A stretch of 32,000 nt of DNA from NCBI RefSeq assembly GCF_001306055.1, contig NZ_LGHJ01000017.1:243516-275515 (forward strand). Reading direction: 5' to 3'. The DNA is from Bellilinea caldifistulae. Its GTDB lineage: Bacteria; Chloroflexota; Anaerolineae; Anaerolineales; Anaerolineaceae. Shown piece after piece: positions 17,244-25,997 of the stretch (position 1 is the stretch's first letter; every line of letters starts with the position of its first letter). The notes below the pieces were generated by a model. The model ran no database searches and was not told the DNA's origin. It saw only the letters and a list, made by a program, of their open reading frames with translations. A program made the position numbers and the translations under genes.

Positions 17244-17755
17244 TGCGCGAAGAAAGAAGCTATGCTGTCATGAGTCAATCGTTGAATTTTTCTCCTGCCC
17301 TTGTCCAATACCTGCCTGAAACCTGTACCTTGCTTCAGTCTGCCAACCTGGTCGTTCACCCCACCGTCGTACGGGTAGTTCTGCATGGTTCGCGCGGCCT
17401 GGGAGGCGGCGCTCGTCCAGATTCAGATATTGACCTGAGTCTGATTGTGGATTTGCCTGTCAACTTGGAAGCAACGCAACTTGAGCCGCTTTTGCATGTT
17501 GTTTTCCAAACCACGTTCAACGCCTGGCAATCTGAGATTGAGCCAGATCTGGCTGTGATATTTAAGACTCGCGCCTGCGCGCTGGACTGTTTCACTCAAA
17601 CAAACTGGCAGGATGATATGTGTTCCATCGGTGGATACGACTGTTTTGGCTTGTACAAAGTCCAAAAAGGTTTCAGCGGTCTTGTTACTCACGCCGGGAT
17701 TGAGATCAGGCGCATGGTCCCCTGCCTGGAAATCTGGAGACGAGCCATCTGTTGA
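17243..17755 (+). CDS. Pol-beta-superfamily nucleotidyltransferase domain protein
   Basis: The TAATG overlap suggests coupling to the aminotransferase gene. The motif LHGSRGLGGGARPDSDIDLSLIV matches hG[GS]..D.D. Confidence 0.7.
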   Translation: MREERSYAVMSQSLNFSPALVQYLPETCTLLQSANLVVHPTVVRVVLHGSRGLGGGARPDSDIDLSLIVDLPVNLEATQLEPLLHVVFQTTFNAWQSEIEPDLAVIFKTRACALDCFTQTNWQDDMCSIGGYDCFGLYKVQKGFSGLVTHAGIEIRRMVPCLEIWRRAIC

Positions 17756-17826
17756 CCCCGTTGCAGATGGCAAAATATTCGCCTTAGAAATTTTAATTGA
17801 AAACTAATACAAGGAGAAAATAAAAA

Positions 17827-18009
17827 ATGAACAACAATTCAACTTCCCAATCTCAGAGAAATCGCCGCAAGCAAATTGCAGCCAGCTTGGGGCTTGGCGT
17901 TGCCCTGGGCATAGCACTTGGTGCCGCACTGGGAAACGTTGCGCTGGGTCTGGTGATTGGCATCCTGATCGGGGGTTTGGGAGCCGCTGTTCGAGCCAAG
18001 AGATCATAA
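17827..18009 (+). CDS. Small glycine-zipper membrane protein
   Basis: AAGGAG is the RBS. The helix reads LGLGVALGIALGAALGNVALGLVIGILIGGLGAA. The stop overlaps the next start (TAATG). Confidence 0.55.
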   Translation: MNNNSTSQSQRNRRKQIAASLGLGVALGIALGAALGNVALGLVIGILIGGLGAAVRAKRS

Positions 18010-19025
18010 TGAAGAAATCTCGTTGGCTGGGTTTCGCTATTCTGCTCGCTATAGCAGCGATTTCGTTCGCTGCGCTTTTTCCCCACCATCAGCCTTTGGC
18101 TGTGAGTGGAGCTTATGCTGTTCGAACAGAGCGTTACACCTACATGGACGACCAGCGCACGGAACCATATACCAACAGCAGCGAATTTCGACAGATCAAT
18201 GTGACCTTTTGGTATCCCCAAAATGAGAGCGATGGCGAAATCTTCCCGCTGGTTATCTTTTCACATGGCGGGCTTGGCTCGGAAAACAGCAATGAGTCTC
18301 TGTACCGCGAGTTAGCGAGTCATGGCTATGTGGTCTGTTCGATTGGTCATCCCCACCACGCCTTGTGGACAAAAAGCAAAGATGGACACTTGACTTTCGT
18401 AAGCCTGGAATACTTTGGCGAGCTCCAACGAGAGGATGCCCATGCCGACAAAGAGCAAAGTTACCGCTACTACCAGAAGTGGATGAATATCCGCACGGCA
18501 GACATCAACTTTGTGGTGGATACCCTCCTGACAAAAGCCGCGGAAGGCACAAGCGGCGTGTACACCCTCATAGACGGCACAAAAATCGGCGTGATGGGGC
18601 ATTCCCTGGGCGGCTCGGCAGCGCTGGCTATCCCAAGGCAGCGAGAGGATATTGACGCAGTCATTGCGCTGGAATCTCCTTTTCTCTACGACATCGTTGG
18701 CGTGGAAAATGGTGAGTTCATCTGGCTGGACGAAGAATATCCCGTCCCCGTCCTCAATATCTACTCGGACAGCTCCTGGAGTCATCTCGCCGAATGGCCG
18801 CAATATGCCCGTAATGCATCGCTGCTGACCAATGCTCCGGCGACCGCTATCAGCCTTTACCTGCCTGGCAGGGGACATTTCTCGCTGACTGACCTCTCGC
18901 TTGCCAGCCCGCTGCTGACAAGAATACTCGATAGCGGGAGACCAGCGCGCGATAGCGTAGAATATCTGCGCGAGGTCAATCAGACCTGTCTGGAATTTTT
19001 CGACCGCTATTTGAAAAATCAATAG
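18009..19025 (+). CDS. Membrane-anchored/secreted alpha/beta hydrolase (lipase/PAF-acetylhydrolase-like)
   Basis: The N-terminal hydrophobic anchor is WLGFAILLAIAAISFAALF. VIFSHGG is oxyanion-like, and the nucleophile elbow is GHSLGGSAA. Confidence 0.8.
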   Translation: MKKSRWLGFAILLAIAAISFAALFPHHQPLAVSGAYAVRTERYTYMDDQRTEPYTNSSEFRQINVTFWYPQNESDGEIFPLVIFSHGGLGSENSNESLYRELASHGYVVCSIGHPHHALWTKSKDGHLTFVSLEYFGELQREDAHADKEQSYRYYQKWMNIRTADINFVVDTLLTKAAEGTSGVYTLIDGTKIGVMGHSLGGSAALAIPRQREDIDAVIALESPFLYDIVGVENGEFIWLDEEYPVPVLNIYSDSSWSHLAEWPQYARNASLLTNAPATAISLYLPGRGHFSLTDLSLASPLLTRILDSGRPARDSVEYLREVNQTCLEFFDRYLKNQ

Positions 19026-19039
19026 GTGGAGATAAAGCG

Positions 19040-19582
19040 ATGACTCTAAACGAGTGTCAACGTGAAATGCGTTTCAACTTTCTGGGCGGGTTTGCCGGGC
19101 AGCTGGTTTCCGGAATCATCTGGTTGGCCGCGGCGGCGCTCGGAACCTGGCTCTCGCCTGGCGCGGGCATGGCTGTGCTCTTTTTCGGCAGCATGGGTAT
19201 CTTTCCGCTCACCCGGTTGTTGGTGCGCCTGATGGGGCGTCCCGGCAAAGTCAGTCCGGATAATGGGTTATGGCAGTTGGGTTCCCAAGCGGCATTTACA
19301 GTACCGCTCAATTTCCTGTTGGTCGGTGCGATAACGCTTAACCGTGAAAACTGTTTTTTTCCGGCGGCGATGATTGTGGTCGGCACGCATTACCTTCCCT
19401 TCATCACCTTGTACGGCATGAAAATGTTCGGCATTCTAGCTGGTTTGCTGGTTAGCCTCGGTGCAGGGCTGGCGCTGTACGGACCGGATATGTTCAGCCT
19501 GGGCGGCTGGGTCACTGCCGCCCTTCTGATTGCTTTTGCCTTCCTGGGGCGATCTCTGGTTTTGCTGGAGGAAAAACGATGA
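19040..19582 (+). CDS. Polytopic membrane protein, unknown function
   Basis: GGTGGAG is the RBS. The 180-aa product has about 5-6 helices. An ATGA overlap links it to the next gene. Confidence 0.65.
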   Translation: MTLNECQREMRFNFLGGFAGQLVSGIIWLAAAALGTWLSPGAGMAVLFFGSMGIFPLTRLLVRLMGRPGKVSPDNGLWQLGSQAAFTVPLNFLLVGAITLNRENCFFPAAMIVVGTHYLPFITLYGMKMFGILAGLLVSLGAGLALYGPDMFSLGGWVTAALLIAFAFLGRSLVLLEEKR

Positions 19583-20343
19583 ATCCAAGTTATCCGATTC
19601 TCGAAAACGATACCGTTTCCGCGTCCAAACTCGAACCATCGCGCATCATTGCGCCGCGCGATGTACCTGAGCACTGCGTGATTTCGTTTTTTCGCGAAGT
19701 GAATGAAAAAGTGACAACTGAAAAGCAAGCCAAAGTCGCTGTCGCCAACCGCTGGGAGGATGGTGAACATCCCCTTTACGAAATCGAGCACCGCGGCCGG
19801 CGGCTGGCATTTTTTCACCCCGGCGTGGGCGCGCCGCTTGCCGCCGGATTGCTGGAAGAGGTCATTGCATTCGGCTGCAAGAGATTTGTCGTGATTGGTG
19901 GCGCGGGGGTGTTGGAGAAGGGACTGACGGTCGGCAAACTCATTCTGGTCGAGAGCGCCGTGCGGGATGAAGGCGTTTCATATCACTATCTCGCGCCGGA
20001 CCGCGAAATTCAGGCGCCGCAACCGGCACTGGCAGCGATTCGCGCCGCGCTCGAAACGCGCCGCGTTCCGTTTGTGAGCGGCAAGACCTGGACAACCGAT
20101 GCCCCCTACCGGGAAACCCAGGCGGTGATCGCTGCCCGCCGCGCCGAGGGTTGCCTGACGGTCGAGATGGAAGCCGCCGCGCTGCTGGCGGTGGCGCAAT
20201 TCAGAAAGGTTTTGCTGGGGCAAATCCTGTATGCGGGCGATGACCTGAGCGGTGAATACTGGGACAATCGCGGCTGGCAATCGCGCCGTGAAGTGCGGGA
20301 GAGTCTGTTCTGGCTGGCCGCCGATGCCTGTTTGGAGATGTGA
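19579..20343 (+). CDS. Nucleoside phosphorylase family-1 (PNP/UDP-like) protein
   Basis: The strings FFHPGVGAPLAA, VVIGGAG, TWTTDAPYRET and the VEMEAAAL motif are characteristic of the PNP_UDP_1 family. Confidence 0.8.
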   Translation: MNPSYPILENDTVSASKLEPSRIIAPRDVPEHCVISFFREVNEKVTTEKQAKVAVANRWEDGEHPLYEIEHRGRRLAFFHPGVGAPLAAGLLEEVIAFGCKRFVVIGGAGVLEKGLTVGKLILVESAVRDEGVSYHYLAPDREIQAPQPALAAIRAALETRRVPFVSGKTWTTDAPYRETQAVIAARRAEGCLTVEMEAAALLAVAQFRKVLLGQILYAGDDLSGEYWDNRGWQSRREVRESLFWLAADACLEM

Positions 20344-21182
20344 ACGTGAAACATAAATACACTGTCCTCATCCTTTTAATCACGGCGGTTGGGATGATCT
20401 TCATCACGCGCGCCTGGCTGGCTGTTCACACGGCTGCGCCGCGCACTTTTGAAATTTTTGATATCCTGACGGTGGTCAGTGCGGTTATTCTTTTATTGAA
20501 AGGCGGCCGCAGCTTGCGGTGGGGAGATTGGGCGGCCGCTCTGGTCCTGGGCGCAGTGGTTACCGCAGGAATGCTGTTTGCCACGCTATTCTCCCCCTAT
20601 CCTTTCTTGGGGTTCATTAAAAGCAACGCCGAACAGGCTGTCATTCGCGGAACATTCACAACCCTGGCGGCATTGGGCGGGCTGGTGGTGATGCGCCGGG
20701 GCGGACCGGTGCAATTTCACGCGGCTGCGGGCAACTGGCGGGCGATAAGCAAAGGCATATTGTTGGGACTGGTGATTGGTTTACCGTTGGCCGTTCTCAA
20801 TGTTTTTGCCTTAAAGTTCACGCAGGGGCATCCCATTCAATGGCAAAGTCCCGGTGCGGCGCTGCTGGACGCCCTGCAGCCCGGGATTGGAGAGGAAGTC
20901 ATCTACCGCTTTGCTTTGTGGGGTTTGCTGTGGCTGATGCTGCGAAAAAGCCTTCCGGAAAAGGCACACGGGATATCCGGGCTGCTGGCGATGCTGATCC
21001 ACAATTATTCGCACTTCGACGACCTGTTTATCCAATCGCCGCTGACGGCGCTGGGGTTAGGCGCCGTGCTGGCGCTGGTGTGGGGGTTACCGCCCCTCCT
21101 CCTTGCCCGCCGGCGCGGACTTGAATCCGCCATTGGATTCCATTGGATTCAAGATGCGGCCCGTTTTCTGGCCGGTTATTAG
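20340..21182 (+). CDS. CPBP-family intramembrane glutamic endopeptidase (CAAX protease/Abi-like)
   Basis: The start is GTG 20340. Motif 1 is GIGEEVIYRFALWG (EExxxR), followed by LIHNYSHF and GFHWIQDA (HxxxD). The protein is multi-TM. Confidence 0.8.
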   Translation: MNVKHKYTVLILLITAVGMIFITRAWLAVHTAAPRTFEIFDILTVVSAVILLLKGGRSLRWGDWAAALVLGAVVTAGMLFATLFSPYPFLGFIKSNAEQAVIRGTFTTLAALGGLVVMRRGGPVQFHAAAGNWRAISKGILLGLVIGLPLAVLNVFALKFTQGHPIQWQSPGAALLDALQPGIGEEVIYRFALWGLLWLMLRKSLPEKAHGISGLLAMLIHNYSHFDDLFIQSPLTALGLGAVLALVWGLPPLLLARRRGLESAIGFHWIQDAARFLAGY

Positions 21183-21237
21183 GTTTGACAATTCGCTTCG
21201 TACCAAGAACGGCACAAATCAAATATCTTGAGGCGGC

Positions 21238-21891
21238 ATGTATTTTGAGATGAACACAACTGACGACAACCTTAATCAACTCCTTTCAAACTCTTATATC
21301 CTGGCTGGTTCACCCTGCTGCGGAAAAAGCACGCTGGCAGAACGACTAAAGGATGAATTTCATTTCCAATGGTATACCGTGGACGACCACCAGGATTTGC
21401 ATCTCAAACAATGTACGCCTGAGAGACACCCAACTTTGTGCTGCTACGCATCCATGTCCTGGAATGAAAGATGGAGCCGCCCCGTAAACGTTCAGGTGCA
21501 AGAGGTGTTTGCCATTAGCCGCGAACGGTTTGAGATGATTCTTCAAGATCTGGAACCATTTGATCCGGCAAAGCCGCTAGTCCTCGAGGGGACGGCATTT
21601 CTGCCAGAATGGCTGGCAGCCCACCGGGTCGACCCCGGACGTGTGATTTTTTTTGCACCCACACCGGAATTTCAACGCCGCCAGTACGGCAAACGCTTAT
21701 GGATCAGGGATATATTGAAAGAATGCGAAGATCCGGAACAGGCATTTGAGAATTGGATGCTGCGTGACCAGGCCTTTGGAAGGGAAATACTCCGCCAGGC
21801 TGTGGAGAGGCAGTATCGGACGCTGTGGGTTGACGGCCGGCAAACCATAGACGAACGATATCATGAGGTCAAAGGAATGCTGGCTATCTGA
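21238..21891 (+). CDS. P-loop NTPase/kinase-like protein
   Basis: Walker A is ILAGSPCCGKSTLAERL. The size (217 aa) and layout resemble small nucleotide/metabolite kinases. The substrate is unknown. Confidence 0.7.
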   Translation: MYFEMNTTDDNLNQLLSNSYILAGSPCCGKSTLAERLKDEFHFQWYTVDDHQDLHLKQCTPERHPTLCCYASMSWNERWSRPVNVQVQEVFAISRERFEMILQDLEPFDPAKPLVLEGTAFLPEWLAAHRVDPGRVIFFAPTPEFQRRQYGKRLWIRDILKECEDPEQAFENWMLRDQAFGREILRQAVERQYRTLWVDGRQTIDERYHEVKGMLAI

Positions 21892-22153
21892 CAGTCTATG
21901 AAGGATATCGGGGTGGTTGACGGATGAAAACCAAGGAGAGTTTTTCCCAAGGAAAATTCGTACCAGTGACTCATCAGGTCGATCGTCGTCAATGACCATC
22001 CCTCTCATGCGATAGCGCTGAATTTGATCCCAGATGGATAGAACTGGTTTGAGAAAAAGATCAACCTCGGTGAGCATGCAAAGTAGAGGCGCGGTGGGTA
22101 CAATTGATAAGATTATCCCCAGAATTCTCAAGGCAACAAAATCAATTTGGGGA

Positions 22154-22618
22154 TTAATTATTTGTGTATTGTACTGATCTAAAATTACATCCATAGACCG
22201 ACTGCTTCCCCACCATAGTCCAGGATAATCTTTCAATCGTATTCCACCAAATGCCAGGCATTTCATACCACTTAGCATTTGCGACTTCCTTAGGGATATC
22301 TGGATCTGGGGCGGTGCCTCGCGCAAGAGCTCCATCCGGATGGATACCAACCTCCGTATAAACAAATGAATAAATTGGACCCAGGGTGGCTAAAGATAAC
22401 ATCATACCCCACCCGCACCGGGAAGGTTCTGCCGTTTTTGCGGCATCAATCCGATCAGCAACGAATTCAAAGTAAGTCATCCCCTTCGGAGCTTCAGGAA
22501 CCTGCATAGGCTGGTTTCCCTTGTAGGCAACGAATAAAATACTGGAGCAAATCGCCAGGATGACAGTAGTTTTGACAACCCATCCAATCAACTTAAGAAT
22601 AACTACGATGAATTTCAT
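22154..22618 (-). CDS. N-terminally anchored membrane protein, unknown family (intact paralog of 6320..6840)
   Basis: AAGGAGAAA is the RBS before the ATG. One TM helix is followed by a roughly 115-aa domain. The gene starts 7 nt after the stop of the RHH gene. Confidence 0.7.
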   Translation of the reverse strand: MKFIVVILKLIGWVVKTTVILAICSSILFVAYKGNQPMQVPEAPKGMTYFEFVADRIDAAKTAEPSRCGWGMMLSLATLGPIYSFVYTEVGIHPDGALARGTAPDPDIPKEVANAKWYEMPGIWWNTIERLSWTMVGKQSVYGCNFRSVQYTNN

Positions 22619-22625
22619 TTTCTCC

Positions 22626-22847
22626 TTAATTCTCTTGATTCATCTGATACTGATCCTCAGGTCGGGCACCTTCTCGTAGGACCCGGTTATAACGAATCTC
22701 CTCGCGATACATTCGATCAAGAGCAACCTCAATCACATCGCTTTCACTCCGTCCCATAACGCTTGCCATCGCTCTTAATTGACTCACGCCTTCTGGGCTA
22801 ATTCGAAAAGATCGTACTGGTTTTTTCGCGGAATTTGTTTTCGGCAT
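22626..22847 (-). CDS. Ribbon-helix-helix (CopG/Arc-type) DNA-binding protein
   Basis: RSFRISPEGVSQLRAMASVMGRSESDVIEVALDRMY fits the RHH strand-helix-helix pattern. The product is 73 aa. Confidence 0.75.
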   Translation of the reverse strand: MPKTNSAKKPVRSFRISPEGVSQLRAMASVMGRSESDVIEVALDRMYREEIRYNRVLREGARPEDQYQMNQEN

Positions 22848-22878
22848 GCTCGTTTTCCTTATCGGTTAGTTTATCTAT

Positions 22879-22907
22879 AATGTAATACTCTAGTATTTCT
22901 TTGTCAA
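22879..22907 (-). promoter_or_regulatory. Candidate promoter of the RHH operon with an embedded palindrome
   Basis: On the minus strand, TTGACA (22907-22902) is followed by a 17-nt spacer and TACATT (22884-22879). The palindrome AATACT-ct-AGTATT (22884-22897) lies within the spacer. Confidence 0.35.
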
Positions 22908-23008
22908 GTTAATTTCCACTTTTTTCCTAATTTCGTCAAATATGTCCCCCTAGGATAGGTGCTTTCTTCTTGCTATGATTAGAGTCACAACCAAATATCT
23001 GTTCGGTC

Positions 23009-23117
23009 GCTGATAATCATCAGCTGTTCCAAAGAATCCTTGGAGCGACCATCAGCTTCTTCCCTATCTACACAACTTACGTGCGTGTAAATATGCGTTG
23101 AGATCTAGATGGTCGCT
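23009..23117. promoter_or_regulatory. Palindrome and distant inverted repeat in the divergent intergenic region
   Basis: GCTGAT-aatc-ATCAGC spans 23009-23024. The 10-bp perfect inverted repeat AGCGACCATC (23044-23053) / GATGGTCGCT (23108-23117) is separated by 54 nt. A further GGTCGC is at 23005-23010. Confidence 0.35.
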
Positions 23118-23165
23118 TTTGTTTTAACTTACTTTCGAACCCGTTAACCGGAAAAGGAGAAAAAA

Positions 23166-23726
23166 TTGAAAGAAATTCCAGTCTCAAAACGTAATCTGAT
23201 CATTGCCGTCATCTTGGCAGTTGTCGTTGCTTTAGGTATCCTGGTGATCGAAAACTGGCCACTTCATACGGAGCAAGGTTCAGCAGCAGCAACCAACGAA
23301 GATCGTCTGGTTTCTACTGCAGCGGTCAATGCTATCGAGCAGGTCTTCCAGGTGAACTATCAGGAAGGAAAAGAAGCCTGGCTTGAGCGTATCTGCGAGG
23401 TAAGCACTCCCGCTGGATGTGAGCTGTTTTCGGCCGGCGCAGACCGTATGTGGGAAAAATACGTGGATGCCAAATCTGTGGTCACAGCTGCCTCTCAGGC
23501 AGCAGAAAAAGTAGCAGACAATGGTTTTGAGCAAGTCTGGAAGATGACCATCACGCTATCTTCTCCCCTACCAGGCAGCAATAAAACCCAGGATACAGCA
23601 TATGTTGTTCTCGCGAAAACAGAAAGTGGTTGGAAGTTTGATCGTTTCCTGATGGAAGAAGAAATCAATGCCATTCTCGCTCGGGGAAAAACTCCCACCA
23701 CAACTGTAGAAGAAGGAAAGAAGTAG
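23166..23726 (+). CDS. Membrane-anchored protein with a roughly 150-aa ectodomain, unknown family
   Basis: AAGGAG (23154-23159) is followed by a 6-nt spacer and TTG 23166. The TM helix is NLIIAVILAVVVALGILVI. The C-terminal part ends in beta-rich ..AYVVLAKTESGWKFDRF. Confidence 0.65.
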   Translation: MKEIPVSKRNLIIAVILAVVVALGILVIENWPLHTEQGSAAATNEDRLVSTAAVNAIEQVFQVNYQEGKEAWLERICEVSTPAGCELFSAGADRMWEKYVDAKSVVTAASQAAEKVADNGFEQVWKMTITLSSPLPGSNKTQDTAYVVLAKTESGWKFDRFLMEEEINAILARGKTPTTTVEEGKK

Positions 23727-25018
23727 TGAAAAGAATCTTCCTGATCATTGTCGTTATGACCTTGCTCATACCATCTGCTGTTTATGCTCAGGGCACTGAT
23801 CCCTGGTCAGAAGTTTTTCAGCCGGATGGAAATCTGAATCCTGATTTGATTGATCTGGGAGTTACCACAGATCACCCCGATTGGATGTCAATTGAACTGC
23901 CTTTTGGCCAGTCCATTGATCTTGATGCTAATTATCACCGCTATCAAACGCCTAGCGGGAATATCGTCGTCTTACCCTCTGCCTCGACGTTATTTTTTAT
24001 GGCCATGAACTCCCAAGAAAGCGGTTTGACCGGCTCTTATGGATCACTGGGAAATGGTTACGGCAGCCTGATCTCTTTTCTTGGGCTTGTTGCCGGCGAT
24101 AATCTGGATTGGAGCAAGGTACAGGCGGAACATCCAGAGTACACCAGCCCGGATCAATTCTGGGGAGCGGTTCTCAATGGGCAGCAAGATGTATGGACCT
24201 ATTTCTCCGGGTGGGGATTCATCACAACCCTGCTTCAAATGACTTGGAATGATGGCGCTCTTCGCTCATTGTATTTGTTGTATCTGAATGGTTCACAAAA
24301 CTGTGCGGCCATTCCAGGGGGGTGCTCGGGAATTGTCACCCCACCTCCTCCCCCAAGGGAGTGTCCTGATCCAACGGTTTCTATACAACAACCTGTCCTC
24401 GTTATTCAAAAAACTGCGCCGAACAATCCCCTGGTTGTGGGACAAGATACCGAAAATCGCCGCGGTGCAGATATCCAGGTCAGGGTGACAGTTCCTCCAG
24501 TGATCTTCACCTGGTATGAGCCGATTTATGAAGAAAGAGATGTTTGCCGCTCAGCCAGTTCCGGAGAAACCGCCAATTGTAATACCGGAGCTGGATCAGC
24601 TATGAATGATGGTGTTTCAGATACAGAAATGGTATTCAAGGAATGCCGGACACATGTAGAACATCTACCGGATGCGGTAGCATCACTGCAAGCTACTGCA
24701 GCATTGGATGGTGCCAGCCAGGATTGGATCACAGGTAGATTAGGGCAAACCCATTATGAAGCCTTCGTCCACCAGGCAAATTTCACCCTGATTCCCGGAA
24801 TTGGTTCATGGACAGGCGGATGTGATGGCGGCGGCACCTGCACTGCTACTGGCCAGGCACTCCGTGTTCCATTTGCAGATCCAGGAACCTTCAACTTGCG
24901 AATGGACGTAGTGACCACGGGGACTCGCTTCCGCGGAGTTCCAATCACCCAACCGAGGCGAGTAGGGATTGATGGAACGATGCAAGTATATGTGGCTCTT
25001 CCGGCGCTGGTGCCTTAA
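23726..25018 (+). CDS. Secreted two-domain protein, Cys-rich C-terminal half, unknown family
   Basis: GTG 23726 overlaps the upstream stop (TAGTG). The signal peptide is MKRIFLIIVVMTLLIPSAVYA/QG. A PPPPPRECPDP linker precedes a Cys-rich C-terminal half that contains most of the protein's Cys residues. Confidence 0.7.
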   Translation: MKRIFLIIVVMTLLIPSAVYAQGTDPWSEVFQPDGNLNPDLIDLGVTTDHPDWMSIELPFGQSIDLDANYHRYQTPSGNIVVLPSASTLFFMAMNSQESGLTGSYGSLGNGYGSLISFLGLVAGDNLDWSKVQAEHPEYTSPDQFWGAVLNGQQDVWTYFSGWGFITTLLQMTWNDGALRSLYLLYLNGSQNCAAIPGGCSGIVTPPPPPRECPDPTVSIQQPVLVIQKTAPNNPLVVGQDTENRRGADIQVRVTVPPVIFTWYEPIYEERDVCRSASSGETANCNTGAGSAMNDGVSDTEMVFKECRTHVEHLPDAVASLQATAALDGASQDWITGRLGQTHYEAFVHQANFTLIPGIGSWTGGCDGGGTCTATGQALRVPFADPGTFNLRMDVVTTGTRFRGVPITQPRRVGIDGTMQVYVALPALVP

Positions 25019-25027
25019 AAGGTCAAA

Positions 25028-25147
25028 GTGCAGATTTTATCGATTGCGGTCGGTGTGTTGCTGACAGTCGTCCTGGGTTTCATGGCCGTCATCTATTTAC
25101 TACTGGTGATTGGGTTGTGGTGTCCACGAAACGATTATGACAAGTAA
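25028..25147 (+). CDS. 39-aa single-TM peptide (below the ORF-track cutoff)
   Basis: From GTG 25028 the product reads VQILSIAVGVLLTVVLGFMAVIYLLLVIGLWCPRNDYDK, ending at TAA 25145-25147. It exactly fills the gap between two operon genes. The RBS is weak. Confidence 0.4.
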   Translation: MQILSIAVGVLLTVVLGFMAVIYLLLVIGLWCPRNDYDK

Positions 25148-25161
25148 GGAGGCATTGGTTC

Positions 25162-25845
25162 ATGACAGATTATTTTGTCGTCTTTGGAGATTTTCTCACT
25201 GCTCTGCCTACTTACCTGTTGAACGGCGTCCTCGCAACCGTTTACTGGCTTGGCGAATCTGGAGCTGCTCTAGTAAGTATTCTTTGCGCAGGGTTGATCA
25301 TCCGTTTCGTGGATCAACGTGTGCAATCCAGAGCAGCTTTCCGACCAGGACGAAGTGGGCGGGAGGCTGCTACTCCGGATTTATACACAGCTCAAATCAC
25401 AACGGCGATTATTCTGGTGCTTTGGGTAATCAGCCAATGGGGGATGGGAGCACCGGTTCCCTGGCTGGGTGCAGCAATGTGGATCGCTGGCACAGTCATC
25501 CTTTTACTGGTGCACATGCAGGAACATACCCTTTTGTGGAATATGAAATCGGGAATTGCGATTTATTCCCTGGCCGTCATCGGAAGCCGGCTCTACCTGG
25601 CATACACCGCTCAATTATCAGCAGATCAATGGGCTGCACTGATAGGGACATCTGAAAGCGCATCAGCAGTGATTGCGAATACACGCGGAAATGTAACTAC
25701 GATTATTCTTTGGGCTTTATGGTTGGTGATCCCGTTAGGTTATTTTGCCATGTTGCTGCAGCAAGTTCTGATCAATCCGATGTCGTTGGTCAATCCATTG
25801 GCAGGCGCCAGCGAGTTGATCAATCGCTATCGAACCAGAAGATAG
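25162..25845 (+). CDS. Polytopic membrane protein, unknown family
   Basis: AAGGAGG is the RBS. The 227-aa product has about 6 hydrophobic helices. No motif recognised. Confidence 0.7.
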   Translation: MTDYFVVFGDFLTALPTYLLNGVLATVYWLGESGAALVSILCAGLIIRFVDQRVQSRAAFRPGRSGREAATPDLYTAQITTAIILVLWVISQWGMGAPVPWLGAAMWIAGTVILLLVHMQEHTLLWNMKSGIAIYSLAVIGSRLYLAYTAQLSADQWAALIGTSESASAVIANTRGNVTTIILWALWLVIPLGYFAMLLQQVLINPMSLVNPLAGASELINRYRTRR

Positions 25846-25997
25846 GGTGATAGATGAAACCAGCACACAAAATCGTGGGCTTGCTTGATTTATCCCAAAG
25901 GGACGCTTCGCGTACTCAACCTTTTTAGGTGAGAGTCTTATGAACGTCGGAAATTCTTGATTAACGCCAGATTCTATTTCAACGATTGGAGGTCAAT

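Noticed and set aside
21697-22365. 222-aa minus-strand ORF spanning the 21892-22153 gap. An internal start at 22194 would give a 166-aa product (..LTEVDLFLKPVLSIWDQIQRYRMRGMVIDDDRPDE..)
   Set aside because: It overlaps about 195 nt of the well-supported P-loop gene and about 40-210 nt of the 22154..22618 gene, and it has no recognisable motif. The 260-bp gap stays unassigned. A short gene or gene remnant there cannot be excluded.
25110-25655. Alternative-frame ORF 25110..25655 (+)
   Set aside because: It overlaps the 25162..25845 membrane protein, which has a strong AAGGAGG RBS and coherent TM helices. The alternative product is Cys/Ser/Arg-rich and has no RBS.
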